Below are positions 17,977-28,940 of a stretch of 64,000 nucleotides of DNA, in pieces. The notes beneath the pieces are model-generated. The model was not told the origin of the DNA and ran no database searches. It was given only the letters and a program-made list of their open reading frames with translations. The DNA lies in contig JBMFNR010000002.1 of assembly GCA_049970055.1 (NCBI GenBank), forward strand, positions 340,406 through 404,405. The letters are read 5' to 3'. Within the stretch, counting starts at the first letter, position 1. Each line of letters opens with the position of its first letter. The position numbers and the translations under genes are program-made. This stretch comes from Fervidobacterium sp. (GTDB lineage Bacteria; Thermotogota; Thermotogae; Thermotogales; Fervidobacteriaceae).

Positions 17977-20073
17977 CTACTGAGCTTTATTTTCATCCTG
18001 TTTTTTCGTTTCCTTTGAAAAACTCGATGCTTTATTAGATCCTTTAGTGATGGATTTTGATGTTTTACTATTAGATTTTTTAGAATACGACCGTTTAGAT
18101 TTTGTTTTAAAGTTGCCAGTTTTTTGCTTCTGAACTTCGTTTTCAGAAGTGTCTTCCTTTTCTTCTGTGTCTTTATCTTCTATAAAGTACATCTTTCCAT
18201 CAAGTAGCACACCAAATTCATCCGCTTTTATAGATTTATTTGTTTTACACTTTGGGCAATTTAGATATAAGCCATATTTCCCCACCCTAAGATGATACGG
18301 TTCGTTACATTGTTCGCAGAGTTTGTTTGTCTCAAAATCAATTGTAAAGAATTCTTTTTCAGCGTATTGAAAGTATTTGTTGAATTCTTTCAGAAAGTTT
18401 CTAATTACATCTTTCCAATTCTTTGCTCCGCTTTCTATTTCATCTAGCTGTTTTTCCATTTCCGCAGTAAAACCTTTATCGACGATATCTGGGAACCTTT
18501 TTTCGAGGTAATCGTTAACAACAAAGCCAAGTATCGTTGGAATGAGTGCTCTTTTCTTTTTTACAATGTATTTCCTGTCAAGGAGTGTTTGAATTATTGT
18601 AGCGTATGTGCTTGGTCTACCGATGCCTTCACTTTCAAGAACCTTAACAAGCGAAGCTTCGTTGTATCTGTCTGGCGGGGTAGTTTCCGATTCGGCACTC
18701 TTTGGTTTAACATCATACTTTTGTCCGACTTTCAGTTCTTTGTGCTCTTCAGCTTGTTCTTTATCAGTAATATAAACTAATTCAAATCCATCGAAAATAG
18801 GCTCACGTATAGAAGCCTCAAATGTATATTTTCCAGAAACGAAATCATAACTGTATTGTTTGTACACAGCACTACTCATTTGGGAAGCGATAAAACGTTT
18901 CCAGATCAATTCGTACAATTTAAAATGGTCTTTATCTAGAAGTTTTTGAGCTTGTTCTGGTAGGAGTTCTACATTTACAGGTCTGATACATTCATGTGCA
19001 TCCTGGATTTTTCCTTTTTCTTTTGATTTCTTTTTTGTTTCTTCGCCAAGATATTTCTCGCCAAATTTCTTATCTATCAATTCTTTGGCTGCTTGTTTTG
19101 CTTCCTCAGATACCCTTGTCGAATCGGTTCTCATGTATGTTATAAGTGCGATATGCCCATCGGGTGTGTCAATGCCCTCGTATAATTCTTGAGCAATTTT
19201 CATTGTCTTTGAAACGGAGAATCCGAGTTTACTCGAAGCTTCTTGTTGAAGTGTACTGGTTATGAAAGGTTGAGGTGGATTCTTCTTCAATTCTTTGACG
19301 TCTATATCGACTAAATTCACATCTTTTACATTTTCTAAAACATCCTGCGCAATCTCTTGTGTGATATCAGTTGGTTTAACCTTTTTGCCTTCAATCTTTG
19401 TTAGATTAGCTTTAAGACCTGCTATTTCGATCCAAACTTTGTAATATTTTTGCGGTACGAACTTGAACCTTTCTCTTTCCCGTTCACATATTATCTTCAA
19501 AGCTGCAGATTGTACGCGCCCTGCACTTTTTGCATCCTTGATTATTTTCCAAAGCAATGGACTAATCTTGTAACCGACAATCCTATCTAGAACGCGCCTT
19601 GCAAGTTGCGCATTAACTTTGCTCATATCAATTTCCCGAGGAGATTTCACGGCTTCTTGTATAGCACGTGGTGTTATCTCAAAGAACGTTATCCTGTTTT
19701 TTCCCTTAACATTCAATAACGTGGATAGATGCCAAGCGATAGCTTCTCCTTCTCTATCAGGATCAGATGCGAGAAAAACTTGCTTACCCTTTACAATATT
19801 TTTTATCTGCTCGACAACTGCTTCTTTCCCCGGAATTATTTCAAAATCGATTTTCAATGAATCAAGATCAACACCGAATTCTTTTTGCGGAAGGTCTCTT
19901 ACGTGCCCTTTTGAAGAGATAACTTTGTATTCTTTTCCCAAAATATTCTCTATTGTTTTCGCCTTTGCGGGAGATTCAACAATGATAACTTTCGAAGCTC
20001 CCGAATCTGTTGTATCTAAATTTTCCCCCTTTATTGGTGTCGTTTTTTTTACTTTGGCTTTAGCCACTTTCAA
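17977..20073 (-). CDS. topA: DNA topoisomerase I
   Basis: IVESPAKAK, DPDREGE, SAGRVQ, ITYMRTD (catalytic Tyr), GIGRPSTY; one Zn ribbon and a charged tail. Confidence 0.98.
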   Translation of the reverse strand: MKVAKAKVKKTTPIKGENLDTTDSGASKVIIVESPAKAKTIENILGKEYKVISSKGHVRDLPQKEFGVDLDSLKIDFEIIPGKEAVVEQIKNIVKGKQVFLASDPDREGEAIAWHLSTLLNVKGKNRITFFEITPRAIQEAVKSPREIDMSKVNAQLARRVLDRIVGYKISPLLWKIIKDAKSAGRVQSAALKIICERERERFKFVPQKYYKVWIEIAGLKANLTKIEGKKVKPTDITQEIAQDVLENVKDVNLVDIDVKELKKNPPQPFITSTLQQEASSKLGFSVSKTMKIAQELYEGIDTPDGHIALITYMRTDSTRVSEEAKQAAKELIDKKFGEKYLGEETKKKSKEKGKIQDAHECIRPVNVELLPEQAQKLLDKDHFKLYELIWKRFIASQMSSAVYKQYSYDFVSGKYTFEASIREPIFDGFELVYITDKEQAEEHKELKVGQKYDVKPKSAESETTPPDRYNEASLVKVLESEGIGRPSTYATIIQTLLDRKYIVKKKRALIPTILGFVVNDYLEKRFPDIVDKGFTAEMEKQLDEIESGAKNWKDVIRNFLKEFNKYFQYAEKEFFTIDFETNKLCEQCNEPYHLRVGKYGLYLNCPKCKTNKSIKADEFGVLLDGKMYFIEDKDTEEKEDTSENEVQKQKTGNFKTKSKRSYSKKSNSKTSKSITKGSNKASSFSKETKKQDENKAQ

Positions 20074-20118
20074 TCACCTTCATCACCTTTTGATAGAGAT
20101 TAGTGAGATTTACAATGT

Positions 20119-21102
20119 CTACTTGAGTAAAAACCTTCTGTTGAGGTTTGTATCGTATTCACTCCATTCTTTAGTATCATCCTCTTTATCGATTATCTGA
20201 AAAACTCTATTCAATTTTGAATCCATATTTTCGATGAAATGTAGTACGAGAGCTTCCGGTGTTTTCGGTACAACTGGTGAACCCCACTCAAACTCACCAT
20301 GGTGTGAAGCAATAAGGTGCTTCAGTTTTAAAATTTTATCGTAAGTTATACCCCGCGCTTTTTGATTTATGTATTCTATTCCTATTATTATATGTCCAAT
20401 TAGTTCACCTTCGGTAGTTACTTCTATACCGCGTTGACTGAGTGTGTATTCTTTGATCTTACCAATGTCATGTAAAAGAGCTCCGGTGACAAGAAGGTCC
20501 CTATCAAGTTTATCGTATATTGAGCATATTTGATCAACCATTTTTGCAACATTCAACGAGTGTTCAAGCAAACCACCAATGTAAGCGTGGTGAATTCTCA
20601 TTCCTGCTGGAGCAGATTTGAAAACTTCCGCAATGCTTTTGTCTTCAACGAAAAATATTTCGAGTAATTTTCGGTAATCACTGTCTTTGACACTTTTTAT
20701 CATGTTTAGAAGCTCTTTGAACATATCTTCTATGTTAGAGATTTTTGAAACAAAACGTTCTATCTCGTATTCAGATTCGGAAAGTTTTCTCACAGCGCTT
20801 TCCGAGTTGGCTATATTTATTTGAACTCTTTCTTCAAAATACACCACTTTGCCTGTCACTTGTATGATCATGCCTACCTGGAGTAACTGGTCATTTTTCT
20901 CTGCATTATACCAATCAACAGCTCTAACACTACCTGTTCTGTCTTCGAGTGTTAGCAGAAGAAATTTTTTTCCATCTTTTGTTTCTTGTAACTTTTTGCT
21001 TTTCACTTTGAATATTCCATCAATTTCTTTTTCGATAAAATTGTCAAGCTCTACTATGTAAGGTGGTTTCAACTTTTCAATGATCTCTTTTGGTATATTC
21101 AC
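20119..21102 (-). CDS. YhaM/Cbf1 family 3'-5' exoribonuclease (OB fold + HD)
   Basis: LEDRTG, HHAYIGGLLEH, LHDIGK, SHHG..EWGSP; GTG start 21102. Confidence 0.92.
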   Translation of the reverse strand: MNIPKEIIEKLKPPYIVELDNFIEKEIDGIFKVKSKKLQETKDGKKFLLLTLEDRTGSVRAVDWYNAEKNDQLLQVGMIIQVTGKVVYFEERVQINIANSESAVRKLSESEYEIERFVSKISNIEDMFKELLNMIKSVKDSDYRKLLEIFFVEDKSIAEVFKSAPAGMRIHHAYIGGLLEHSLNVAKMVDQICSIYDKLDRDLLVTGALLHDIGKIKEYTLSQRGIEVTTEGELIGHIIIGIEYINQKARGITYDKILKLKHLIASHHGEFEWGSPVVPKTPEALVLHFIENMDSKLNRVFQIIDKEDDTKEWSEYDTNLNRRFLLK

Positions 21103-22193
21103 AATTCCAGCCCCTCGTACTTTCTTGGAACACGCTCGGAAATTCTGCATGTGACTTCGTAATTTATTGTTCCAACCAATTTAGCTATCTCTTCTGCGGT
21201 AATTGTATTGTCTCCCTGTTTTCCTATCAATACCACTTCATCACCTATTCTTACATCACTGAGGTGTGTGACATCGACCATAAACTGGTCCATGCATACT
21301 CTACCTACGATTGGACATTTTTCTCCACGGATTAGCACGTAACCTTTGTTTGATAGGTGTCTCCAATAGCCATCGGCGTATCCAACAGGTATTGTTGCAA
21401 TCTTCATTTCGCTAAAAGCTTTAAATGTTCTACCGTAGCTGATTGTATCGCCAGGTTGTATAGTCTTCATATGCGAAACAACACTTTTCCACGCAAGTAC
21501 AGGTTTTAATTTATCACTGTATACGCTTTCACTTGGCTGAAGACCATAGCTTGCAATTCCAACCCTCACGTAATCAAAGCAATTAACAACTTTTGAAAGG
21601 GAAGCTCCACTGTTACACATATGTTTTATTTTTACATCAAGATCAAGCTTCTCAAACTGTTCAGCTTGCTCTTTCGTAAATTTTATATCTTCTTCTTCTA
21701 AACTATCGGCAACTGCAAAGTGTGTGTAAGCACCTTCCACTTCGAATCCAGACTTTCTTGCACTATCAATAAAGTCTTTTGACTCTTGAGGCAACACACC
21801 AAGTCGCCGCATGCCAGTGTCTATCTTTACATGACATTTCGGCCGCCATATGTATTTACTGTATTTCCACAGTTGTTCCCAAGAGTAAAGTGTTATCGTT
21901 ATGTTGTTTTCCTGAGCTATGTGAAGCAAATCAGGCTCGATATAGTTAAAAACTAAAATATTTGAAGATATTCCATGTTTTCTTAACTCTGTTGCTTCTT
22001 CCAAAAAAGCAACTGCGAAGTAATCGATCCCAATTCTTTCCGCCGCTTTTGCAAGTTGGACTGCACCATGACCATATGCATTAGCCTTAACAACAGGCAT
22101 AACTTTTGCTGGCGCGCAATGATTTTGGAAAAATCTTAGGTTATCAAGGTAATTCCTTACATTTATAACTGCATAAGTCCTTCTGCTTTCCAT
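21099..22193 (-). CDS. alr: Alanine racemase
   Basis: VVKANAYGHG, DTGMRRLG, GYADG, GRVCMD. Confidence 0.98.
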   Translation of the reverse strand: MESRRTYAVINVRNYLDNLRFFQNHCAPAKVMPVVKANAYGHGAVQLAKAAERIGIDYFAVAFLEEATELRKHGISSNILVFNYIEPDLLHIAQENNITITLYSWEQLWKYSKYIWRPKCHVKIDTGMRRLGVLPQESKDFIDSARKSGFEVEGAYTHFAVADSLEEEDIKFTKEQAEQFEKLDLDVKIKHMCNSGASLSKVVNCFDYVRVGIASYGLQPSESVYSDKLKPVLAWKSVVSHMKTIQPGDTISYGRTFKAFSEMKIATIPVGYADGYWRHLSNKGYVLIRGEKCPIVGRVCMDQFMVDVTHLSDVRIGDEVVLIGKQGDNTITAEEIAKLVGTINYEVTCRISERVPRKYEGLEL

Positions 22194-22213
22194 CTAAGAC
22201 ACCTCTGAGAAGG

Positions 22214-22549
22214 TTACTGACGATTTATTTTGGGTACTTTTTCCATGGGGGGTAAATGGTATACTCTCCAACGTGTTCTTATTTTAACACCAAATAGTTT
22301 GTTTTCGATATCTATTATATCATTAACTTTGATTTTAAAGTACATTCCTATCAAGTATTCACCTTCAATTTTGATGTAAAAGAACAATGCTTCAGCCGTT
22401 AGTAGCAGAATTACTAAATAACACACTGTGATCAATGTGTTCGCTATATTTGAGAGTTGTAAAGAAAAAAGATAGAGCACAAATGGTGTGCTCAATAATG
22501 ATAAAGCTAGGGTGAGGATTTTGTAAGACTTCTTGACTCTGTATACCAT
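22214..22549 (-). CDS. Hypothetical membrane protein (2 TM plus small soluble domain)
   Basis: ORF fills the gap between the rpmB terminator and alr; no recognised motif. Confidence 0.65.
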   Translation of the reverse strand: MVYRVKKSYKILTLALSLLSTPFVLYLFSLQLSNIANTLITVCYLVILLLTAEALFFYIKIEGEYLIGMYFKIKVNDIIDIENKLFGVKIRTRWRVYHLPPMEKVPKINRQ

Positions 22550-22554
22550 GATTG

Positions 22555-22578
22555 AAAAAAGCGGGGTTGTCCCCGCTT
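22555..22578 (-). terminator. Intrinsic terminator after rpmB
   Basis: AAGCGGGG-TTGT-CCCCGCTT stem with minus-strand T run. Confidence 0.85.
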
Positions 22579-22579
22579 A

Positions 22580-22801
22580 TTACTCCTCCACTGCTACGGA
22601 TTGAGATTTACTTACGTATCTTTTAACCTTCCCTGCTTTTAGGCAACTTGTACACACGTTCATCCTTTTTACTGTTCCATCATCAAGAAGCACTCTGACT
22701 TTTTGAATGTTTGGTTTGAACCATCTGTTTGTGTGTCTGTTAGAGTGGCTTACATTTTTACCGGCTCTAGGCTCTTTCCCGCATATTTCACACTTTGCCA
22801 T
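22580..22801 (-). CDS. rpmB: 50S ribosomal protein L28 (Zn-binding type)
   Basis: [25 protein letters not shown]. Confidence 0.98.
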   Translation of the reverse strand: MAKCEICGKEPRAGKNVSHSNRHTNRWFKPNIQKVRVLLDDGTVKRMNVCTSCLKAGKVKRYVSKSQSVAVEE

Positions 22802-22950
22802 CTTCGCTTCCTCCCTTTATTATGAATTTTTCGATTTCAACTAACAGAGGTAAACAACGTCACTGGTATATTATACCAATTATCCTGTTAAATTCAAGGG
22901 GGGAATTATGTATTTCAGATTAACTTTTCTTTTTAAGACTTCAATATTTA

Positions 22951-24366
22951 CTATTGAACTTTTTGCACTTGGACGGTATTAGTCGTCCCTGGCTTACCCC
23001 ATGGGATTCCGGCAACGATTATAACTTTATCACCTGGCTTGGCTAAACCCAGTGATTTTGCTTTTTCAATCACGCTTTCTATCATTTCATCAGTTGTCAG
23101 TTTTTCTTCAAGCATTACAGGAATTACACCCCATGCAAGGCAGAGCTTGTAGAATGCCCTTGGATTATTCGTTGCTGCCATTACTGGGATTGATGGTTTA
23201 TATTTCGAAACATTTATCGCGGTTGAACCTGTATTTGTTGCTGTGATTATGAGTTTAGCTTCAACATTTTTTGCCAACGTGGTTGAAGCGTATGAAATCG
23301 CACTGGGTAAATCAAAACTTGACGAGTATTCTTTTAACCAATCAAGTTTATACGTTTCATATTCCTCCATATATTGTTCTGTATTTTTTGCAACTTCATC
23401 CATAACTTTCACCGCTTCACAAGGGTATTTGCCAACAGAAGTTTCACCGGAAAGCATTACAGCATCGGTACCATCTAAAATAGCATTTGATATATCCGTT
23501 ACTTCAGCTCGTGTGGGTGTTGGATTATTGATCATACTCTCAAGCATCTGTGTTGCAGTTATAACAGGTTTCTTGTATAGATTTGCAACTTCGATTATAC
23601 GTTTTTGAGCGATAGGTACTTGGGAAATGGGTATTTCAACACCTAAATCGCCGCGTGCTACCATTACTGCGTCAGCAGCTGTTATTATATCTTCAAGATT
23701 ATCAAGTGCTTGTGCCGTTTCAATTTTTGCAACAACTGGTACATCAGTTAATTGTTTTGCTTCACTGACATCTTTTGCTTTTCTTACGAACGAAAGTGCG
23801 AAATAGTCTATTCCCTCTTCATTTCCCAGTTTTATGAATTCTTTGTCTTTTTCGGTAATAGAAGGAATAGATACATCTACACCAGGTAAATTGACGCCAC
23901 GCTTATGCGTAATTGTTCCACCACGTTCAACACTGCAGATAATTGACTTACTTTCCATTATTACTTTTTCAACGATAAGTTCAATTGCTCCGTCATTGAT
24001 TAGAATTTTGTCATTAGGCTTAACTTCTTGGTATAATTTATCATAGTTTATCCAAAATTTTTTCTCGTTTCCAACAAATTCATCGCCACAAACAATTTCT
24101 ACTTTGCCTTTGTTTTCAAGAGTGACAAATTCCTTATCAAACTTTCCGGTTCTAATTTTTGGACCGGCCAGATCAAGTAATATGGCAAAATTGTAACCTT
24201 TTTCCCTAACGTTTTTTAATCTCTTGATCCTTTCCCTGTGAATATCGATTGTTTCATGAGATGAGTTCAATCGAAAAACATTTACACCACATTCTGCGAG
24301 TTTGATGATATTTTCCTCGGACTCGGATGCAGGACCAATTGTAGCTACTATCTTTGTCTTTCTCAT
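22951..24366 (-). CDS. pyk: Pyruvate kinase
   Basis: TKIVATIGPAS, AKIE, MVARGDLGVE, TATQMLESM, VMLSGET. Confidence 0.98.
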   Translation of the reverse strand: MRKTKIVATIGPASESEENIIKLAECGVNVFRLNSSHETIDIHRERIKRLKNVREKGYNFAILLDLAGPKIRTGKFDKEFVTLENKGKVEIVCGDEFVGNEKKFWINYDKLYQEVKPNDKILINDGAIELIVEKVIMESKSIICSVERGGTITHKRGVNLPGVDVSIPSITEKDKEFIKLGNEEGIDYFALSFVRKAKDVSEAKQLTDVPVVAKIETAQALDNLEDIITAADAVMVARGDLGVEIPISQVPIAQKRIIEVANLYKKPVITATQMLESMINNPTPTRAEVTDISNAILDGTDAVMLSGETSVGKYPCEAVKVMDEVAKNTEQYMEEYETYKLDWLKEYSSSFDLPSAISYASTTLAKNVEAKLIITATNTGSTAINVSKYKPSIPVMAATNNPRAFYKLCLAWGVIPVMLEEKLTTDEMIESVIEKAKSLGLAKPGDKVIIVAGIPWGKPGTTNTVQVQKVQ

Positions 24367-24449
24367 TCAATATCCCTCCCTTTATTTCATTCTATTTTGC
24401 ATACTGTTCTGAAATTTTCTAAATCGGATAAATTATACCATAAATTTCA

Positions 24450-24478
24450 AAGAATAAAGGCATTCCTTGCGGAATGCC
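24450..24478 (-). terminator. Intrinsic terminator upstream of pyk
   Basis: Minus strand GGCATTCC-GCAA-GGAATGCC-TTTATTCTT. Confidence 0.85.
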
Positions 24479-24512
24479 CTTAAATCACAATTTTGTTTAG
24501 TTTTTTATTTTC

Positions 24513-24950
24513 TTACTTAATATTCCACTTCATAATTCCTACAATGACGTAGATTGCGAAAGCCCATGTTAAAGAGAAAAGTTGTATTAGAGCTGCATTA
24601 CCAACGTAGAAGAAATCTAAAATGTTGAGCAAAATCATTATAATTCCAAGAAACACTGCCTTTCTTATTCCATTTCTTACTTTTAGTTCTCCAAAATCTC
24701 TTGCAATTAAGAATGTGAATATAGAAATTATTACGTACGCTACCGGTGAAATTGAGAGCCCCAACTTTGAAAAAAACGCCTTAAATTCTCCAGAAAAGAA
24801 TCCTAAAGATATTAGTATGTAAACAACGGAAACCACGTTTGCAATATTCATCGATGCTTTAGATTGCTGTATTATTGCAAGTATTAACGGTACGGCAAGC
24901 ACTATATTAGCTATGAACATTAGTACTGAATAAGCATTTATATTAGTCAT
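24513..24950 (-). CDS. Hypothetical multi-pass membrane protein
   Basis: About 5 hydrophobic segments; co-oriented directly after gcvH. Confidence 0.75.
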   Translation of the reverse strand: MTNINAYSVLMFIANIVLAVPLILAIIQQSKASMNIANVVSVVYILISLGFFSGEFKAFFSKLGLSISPVAYVIISIFTFLIARDFGELKVRNGIRKAVFLGIIMILLNILDFFYVGNAALIQLFSLTWAFAIYVIVGIMKWNIK

Positions 24951-24957
24951 GAAGTAA

Positions 24958-25320
24958 TTATTCCCCCTCTATTGTTTTTTTGTACTCTTCCTCAGTTAGT
25001 AATTCATCGAATTCAGCAGGATTTATCGGTTCTATTTTCACAAGCCATCCTTCTCCTTCGGGATCTTGGTTGACGAGCTCTGGTGTTGCGTTAACTTTTT
25101 CGTTGACTTCAATGATTTTACCACTTACTGGTGCGTAAACATCTCCTGCTGCTTTGACACTTTCAAGAGAAACTATTACTTCACCTTTTTTGACTTCTCT
25201 TCCTACCTGTGGCAGATCGACATACACGATGTCTCCGAGCTGTTCCTGTGCATGGTTCGTGATTCCAACTATCCCCGTTTCAATATCAACCCATTCGTGT
25301 GTTTTTGCATACTTTTTCAT
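24958..25320 (-). CDS. gcvH: Glycine cleavage system H protein
   Basis: THEWV, QEQLGDIVYV, LESVKAA lipoyl-Lys, DPEGEGWL; ATG 25320. Confidence 0.96.
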   Translation of the reverse strand: MKKYAKTHEWVDIETGIVGITNHAQEQLGDIVYVDLPQVGREVKKGEVIVSLESVKAAGDVYAPVSGKIIEVNEKVNATPELVNQDPEGEGWLVKIEPINPAEFDELLTEEEYKKTIEGE

Positions 25321-25397
25321 AATAGTTACCCTCCCTTTCTGATCGCTCATGGTGATGCTACGTTAATTATATCACATACTATAAACATCATTCAACG

Positions 25398-27728
25398 TCA
25401 TCCAACGTCCAAAAGTTTTATCCTATTACTGTATATTTCCAATACCTTCTTTATTATATCGCTTTCTGGGTAATTTTCAATTATCCATCTTGCATCTTCT
25501 CTTGCTATCATAATTAATTCTGAATCAGAAATCAGGTCGGCAACTTTGAAATCCACCATTCCATGCTGGCGGGTCCCAAAGAATTCCCCTGGTCCTCTCA
25601 ACCTCATATCATACTCCGCAATTTTAAAACCATCTGTTGTTGACGCAAAGAATTGTAATCTGTTCCAGGCTTCTTCGCCAGCTTCGCTTACAATCAAGAA
25701 GCAATAGCTTTGCTTATTTCCCCTTCCAACACGCCCACGCAGTTGGTGTAGTTGAGCGAGACCAAATCTTTCGGCGTTTTCTACAACTATTATTGTTGCG
25801 TTTGGTACATCGACGCCGACTTCTATTACGGAGGTTGAAATGAGTACTTTAATTTCGCCTTTGACAAATTTTCCCATGACTTCATTTTTTTCTATGTCGG
25901 ACATTCTTCCATGAAGTAATCCCACGGGTATGTCTGGGAATGCCTCTTTACTAAGTTTTCTGTACATATCTTCTGCCGCTTTTGCATTAATTTGTTCAGA
26001 CTGTTCGATAAGTGGGTAAACGATGTAAGCTTGGGCGTCGTTTTCAATCACTTGTTCCCTCACAAACTTGTACACTTCTTTTGCTCGTGTGTGTCTGAGC
26101 GTAAATGTTTTAATAACCTTTCTACCTGGTGGCATTTCATCTATGACTGATACATCAAGATCGCCGTAGAGTGTTAGAGATAGTGTTCTTGGTATAGGTG
26201 TGGCTGTCATTATAAGTGTGTCTACAACTTTACCTTTAGAAATAAGTTCCTCTCTTTGTTTGACGCCAAATCTGTGCTGCTCATCAATAATTACAAGTCC
26301 TAAGTTTGCAAAGTGGACATCCTCTTGTATCAAAGCGTGCGTACCGATCACCACATCGAGATCACCATTTTTCAGTGCAAACTTTATTTTATCTTTTTCT
26401 TTTTGACTCGTCGACCCTATAAGTAACGCCACACGTATGCCAAGATCTGTGAGGTGGTTGAATAATTTCTGATAATGTTGAATGGCTAGAATAGACGTAG
26501 GTACCATGAAAGCGCTTTGAAAACCCGCTTCGTAGTTGTCAATTATCGCCAACTCGGCAACGAGTGTTTTTCCACTTCCAACATCACCTTGTAAAAGTCT
26601 GTTCATTGGATTGGGACTTTTCAAATCTTGCCGAATTTCGTTGTGGGCTCTTATCTGGGCATTCGTTAGTTTAAACGGAAGCGAGTTTATAAACTTTTCT
26701 GTCAATTTACCGGTGAATTGCTTGGCAATACCACCTATTTTTTCAATATTCTTCTTAGATATGAAGAGTGCAACCTGGAAAAGTAATAATTCTTCGTACG
26801 CTAACCTTTTTCGCGCAATTTTTTGGTGATATATACTCTTTGGGAAATGCATACCTATGTAGGCACGTTTGATATCTATCAACTTTCTTAACTCAACAAG
26901 TTCGTTCGGGATTAAGTCTTCGTAGTTGCAAACAGCACTTATGTTATCCTGTATGATTTTACGGATGGCTTTTTGAGTTAGATTTTCAGTTAGCGAATAA
27001 ATCGGTAATATCTCGCGTTCAGGACTATCGCTAAGGCTTACTTCTGGGTTTTGTATCTCCATTGCACCAAAAAATCCACGTTTTGGTGTACCACTTACAT
27101 AAACTTCCTTCCCAATTAACTGTTTCAGTTCTAGTTCTTTGAATTCTTGATTGAACCATTTAAGAATTATCTGACTGATTCCGTCTTGCAATAGAGCACT
27201 GATTATAATCAGTTCACCTTTTTTCGTTTTTTCAACACTTTTGATGATTCCTTTGGTTGTTATTTTTTCGTTTTCACGTACAAAGACGAGTGGAATAATT
27301 TTTCTTCTATCTTCGTAATCTCGCGGAAAGTAGTTTATCAAATCACCTATCGTTTCTATCCCAATCTTTCTTAAAAGTTTTTCTCTTGCCGGCCCAACAC
27401 CTTTTGCGTATTTTATCGGTGTCTCAAGTGGCCTTGGTGTTTCGCTACATTCAATAGTAGTAGTTAAATATTTGTTTTTGAACCTCTCCACCATTCCTCG
27501 AATTTGTTGTAATCTTTTAAAAGCCCTTTCTTGTGGCAATTTACTTGAAGATGTTATGTATTGTGAAAATTCGTAAAGTTTCTCCTTTATGGTAGTATCT
27601 GCAAGCAAGGGATCGTCTATCTTTTCTAAGTTATCTTCGATATATTCAATTATGGCATTAAGACTTTCTAGCGAGATGTCTTTGGCGATTTCATAACAGT
27701 TGTCGAGAAATTCCTCGATTAGTAGCAT
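25398..27728 (-). CDS. recG: ATP-dependent DNA helicase RecG
   Basis: LLQGDVGSGKT, DEQHRFG, TATPIPR, QLRGRVGR; N-terminal helical extension. Confidence 0.98.
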   Translation of the reverse strand: MLLIEEFLDNCYEIAKDISLESLNAIIEYIEDNLEKIDDPLLADTTIKEKLYEFSQYITSSSKLPQERAFKRLQQIRGMVERFKNKYLTTTIECSETPRPLETPIKYAKGVGPAREKLLRKIGIETIGDLINYFPRDYEDRRKIIPLVFVRENEKITTKGIIKSVEKTKKGELIIISALLQDGISQIILKWFNQEFKELELKQLIGKEVYVSGTPKRGFFGAMEIQNPEVSLSDSPEREILPIYSLTENLTQKAIRKIIQDNISAVCNYEDLIPNELVELRKLIDIKRAYIGMHFPKSIYHQKIARKRLAYEELLLFQVALFISKKNIEKIGGIAKQFTGKLTEKFINSLPFKLTNAQIRAHNEIRQDLKSPNPMNRLLQGDVGSGKTLVAELAIIDNYEAGFQSAFMVPTSILAIQHYQKLFNHLTDLGIRVALLIGSTSQKEKDKIKFALKNGDLDVVIGTHALIQEDVHFANLGLVIIDEQHRFGVKQREELISKGKVVDTLIMTATPIPRTLSLTLYGDLDVSVIDEMPPGRKVIKTFTLRHTRAKEVYKFVREQVIENDAQAYIVYPLIEQSEQINAKAAEDMYRKLSKEAFPDIPVGLLHGRMSDIEKNEVMGKFVKGEIKVLISTSVIEVGVDVPNATIIVVENAERFGLAQLHQLRGRVGRGNKQSYCFLIVSEAGEEAWNRLQFFASTTDGFKIAEYDMRLRGPGEFFGTRQHGMVDFKVADLISDSELIMIAREDARWIIENYPESDIIKKVLEIYSNRIKLLDVG

Positions 27729-27785
27729 ACGCTACCCCCATTTCTCACTTTCTCTTACGTTCTTCAGTAGTACTTCGATAATATT

Positions 27786-28940
27786 TTAATAATACATGTG
27801 AAGATACGTCCATATTCCGCTGTTTTGTAGTTTGAACTTCTTTGTAGCTTTTCCAAAATATTTTTCAAATTTATCTGAAGGATGAAGTAGGTAAAAATTC
27901 CCGTTTGGAAATTTGCTCTTTAGAATTGAAATTTCATTTAATATATCTGAGTCGAGTCGTTTTCCATATGGCAGGTTTGAAATCACATAAGCTTTTTCAT
28001 GATATGAAGGTAAATTTCTAAAATCTAAACATCTGAAATTTATGTGTGCACTTCCTGGAAAAAGTTTTTTAACCATTTGATAGTTTTCTTGCGCAGTTTT
28101 TAGTACTTTACAGTCACGGTCCGATGCAAATATTAATTCCTTCTTTTCTGAATTAATTACTTGGTATTTAACTTCCTGCATAGCTTTTTGCTTGGCTTTT
28201 TGCCATATATTTTTCAGTATAGCCCAACTTTCAGAGACGTACGTTCTTGAAGTGTTTGGAATGTTTAATATGGAAGCCTCTATGGGTATTGTTCCGCTTC
28301 CACAAAACGGGTCAAAAAGGGGAATATTTTCGTTCCATCTTGATAAAATAATTAGGCTTGCTGCAATAGTTTCTCTAAGTGGGGCAATGGAGGATTTCAG
28401 TCTGTATCCTCTTTTGTGCATTCCACTTTTTCCTGTTGTATCGAGAAGCAGGTAAGTGATGTCGTCTTTGAGTATAACTAAGAAAGGATATTCCGCTTTT
28501 CTTTCATCACTACCATGAATATTGTCTATAATGGCCTTTTTTACAACCGAAGCGATGGCACCTGTTGCACTTAATTTTGAATTGGTAACTTTTACCTTTT
28601 CTATTGTGATCTTTGCATCTTTTTCAATTAAATCTCTCGCATTTGAGGTAAATATATTTTCGTACAATTCATCAAATGTTTCAGTTTTGAATTGTTTTAC
28701 CAATAGGGCGATCCTGTCAGGTGTTTTTAGCACCATATTCAAAAATGGGATATCGTTTAACCTAGCATTAAAAAATATCCTCCCGGAGGAGGAGTACACG
28801 ATTTTGTAATTGTACTTTTTTAGCTCAACTGCAACAGCGCCTTCTAACCCAGCAGTGCAGAAGGCAACAAATGTGAAGTTATGATCATTTTCGGTCTTTT
28901 CGTTTTTCAAATTGAATTTCTCCTTTTCAAGTTTTTTCAC
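27786..28940 (-). CDS. THUMP-domain class I SAM RNA methyltransferase (RlmL/YpsC-like)
   Basis: MHKRGYR, APLRETIAA, DPFCGSGTIPIE, SNLPYG. Confidence 0.9.
   Translation of the reverse strand: MKKLEKEKFNLKNEKTENDHNFTFVAFCTAGLEGAVAVELKKYNYKIVYSSSGRIFFNARLNDIPFLNMVLKTPDRIALLVKQFKTETFDELYENIFTSNARDLIEKDAKITIEKVKVTNSKLSATGAIASVVKKAIIDNIHGSDERKAEYPFLVILKDDITYLLLDTTGKSGMHKRGYRLKSSIAPLRETIAASLIILSRWNENIPLFDPFCGSGTIPIEASILNIPNTSRTYVSESWAILKNIWQKAKQKAMQEVKYQVINSEKKELIFASDRDCKVLKTAQENYQMVKKLFPGSAHINFRCLDFRNLPSYHEKAYVISNLPYGKRLDSDILNEISILKSKFPNGNFYLLHPSDKFEKYFGKATKKFKLQNSGIWTYLHMYY

Noticed and set aside
17977..18170. Lys/Ser-rich TopA tail as a novel domain
   Set aside because: Low-complexity basic tails are common in TopA proteins
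25320..25398. Glycine riboswitch before gcvH
   Set aside because: Under 80 bp of intergenic space and no aptamer motifs
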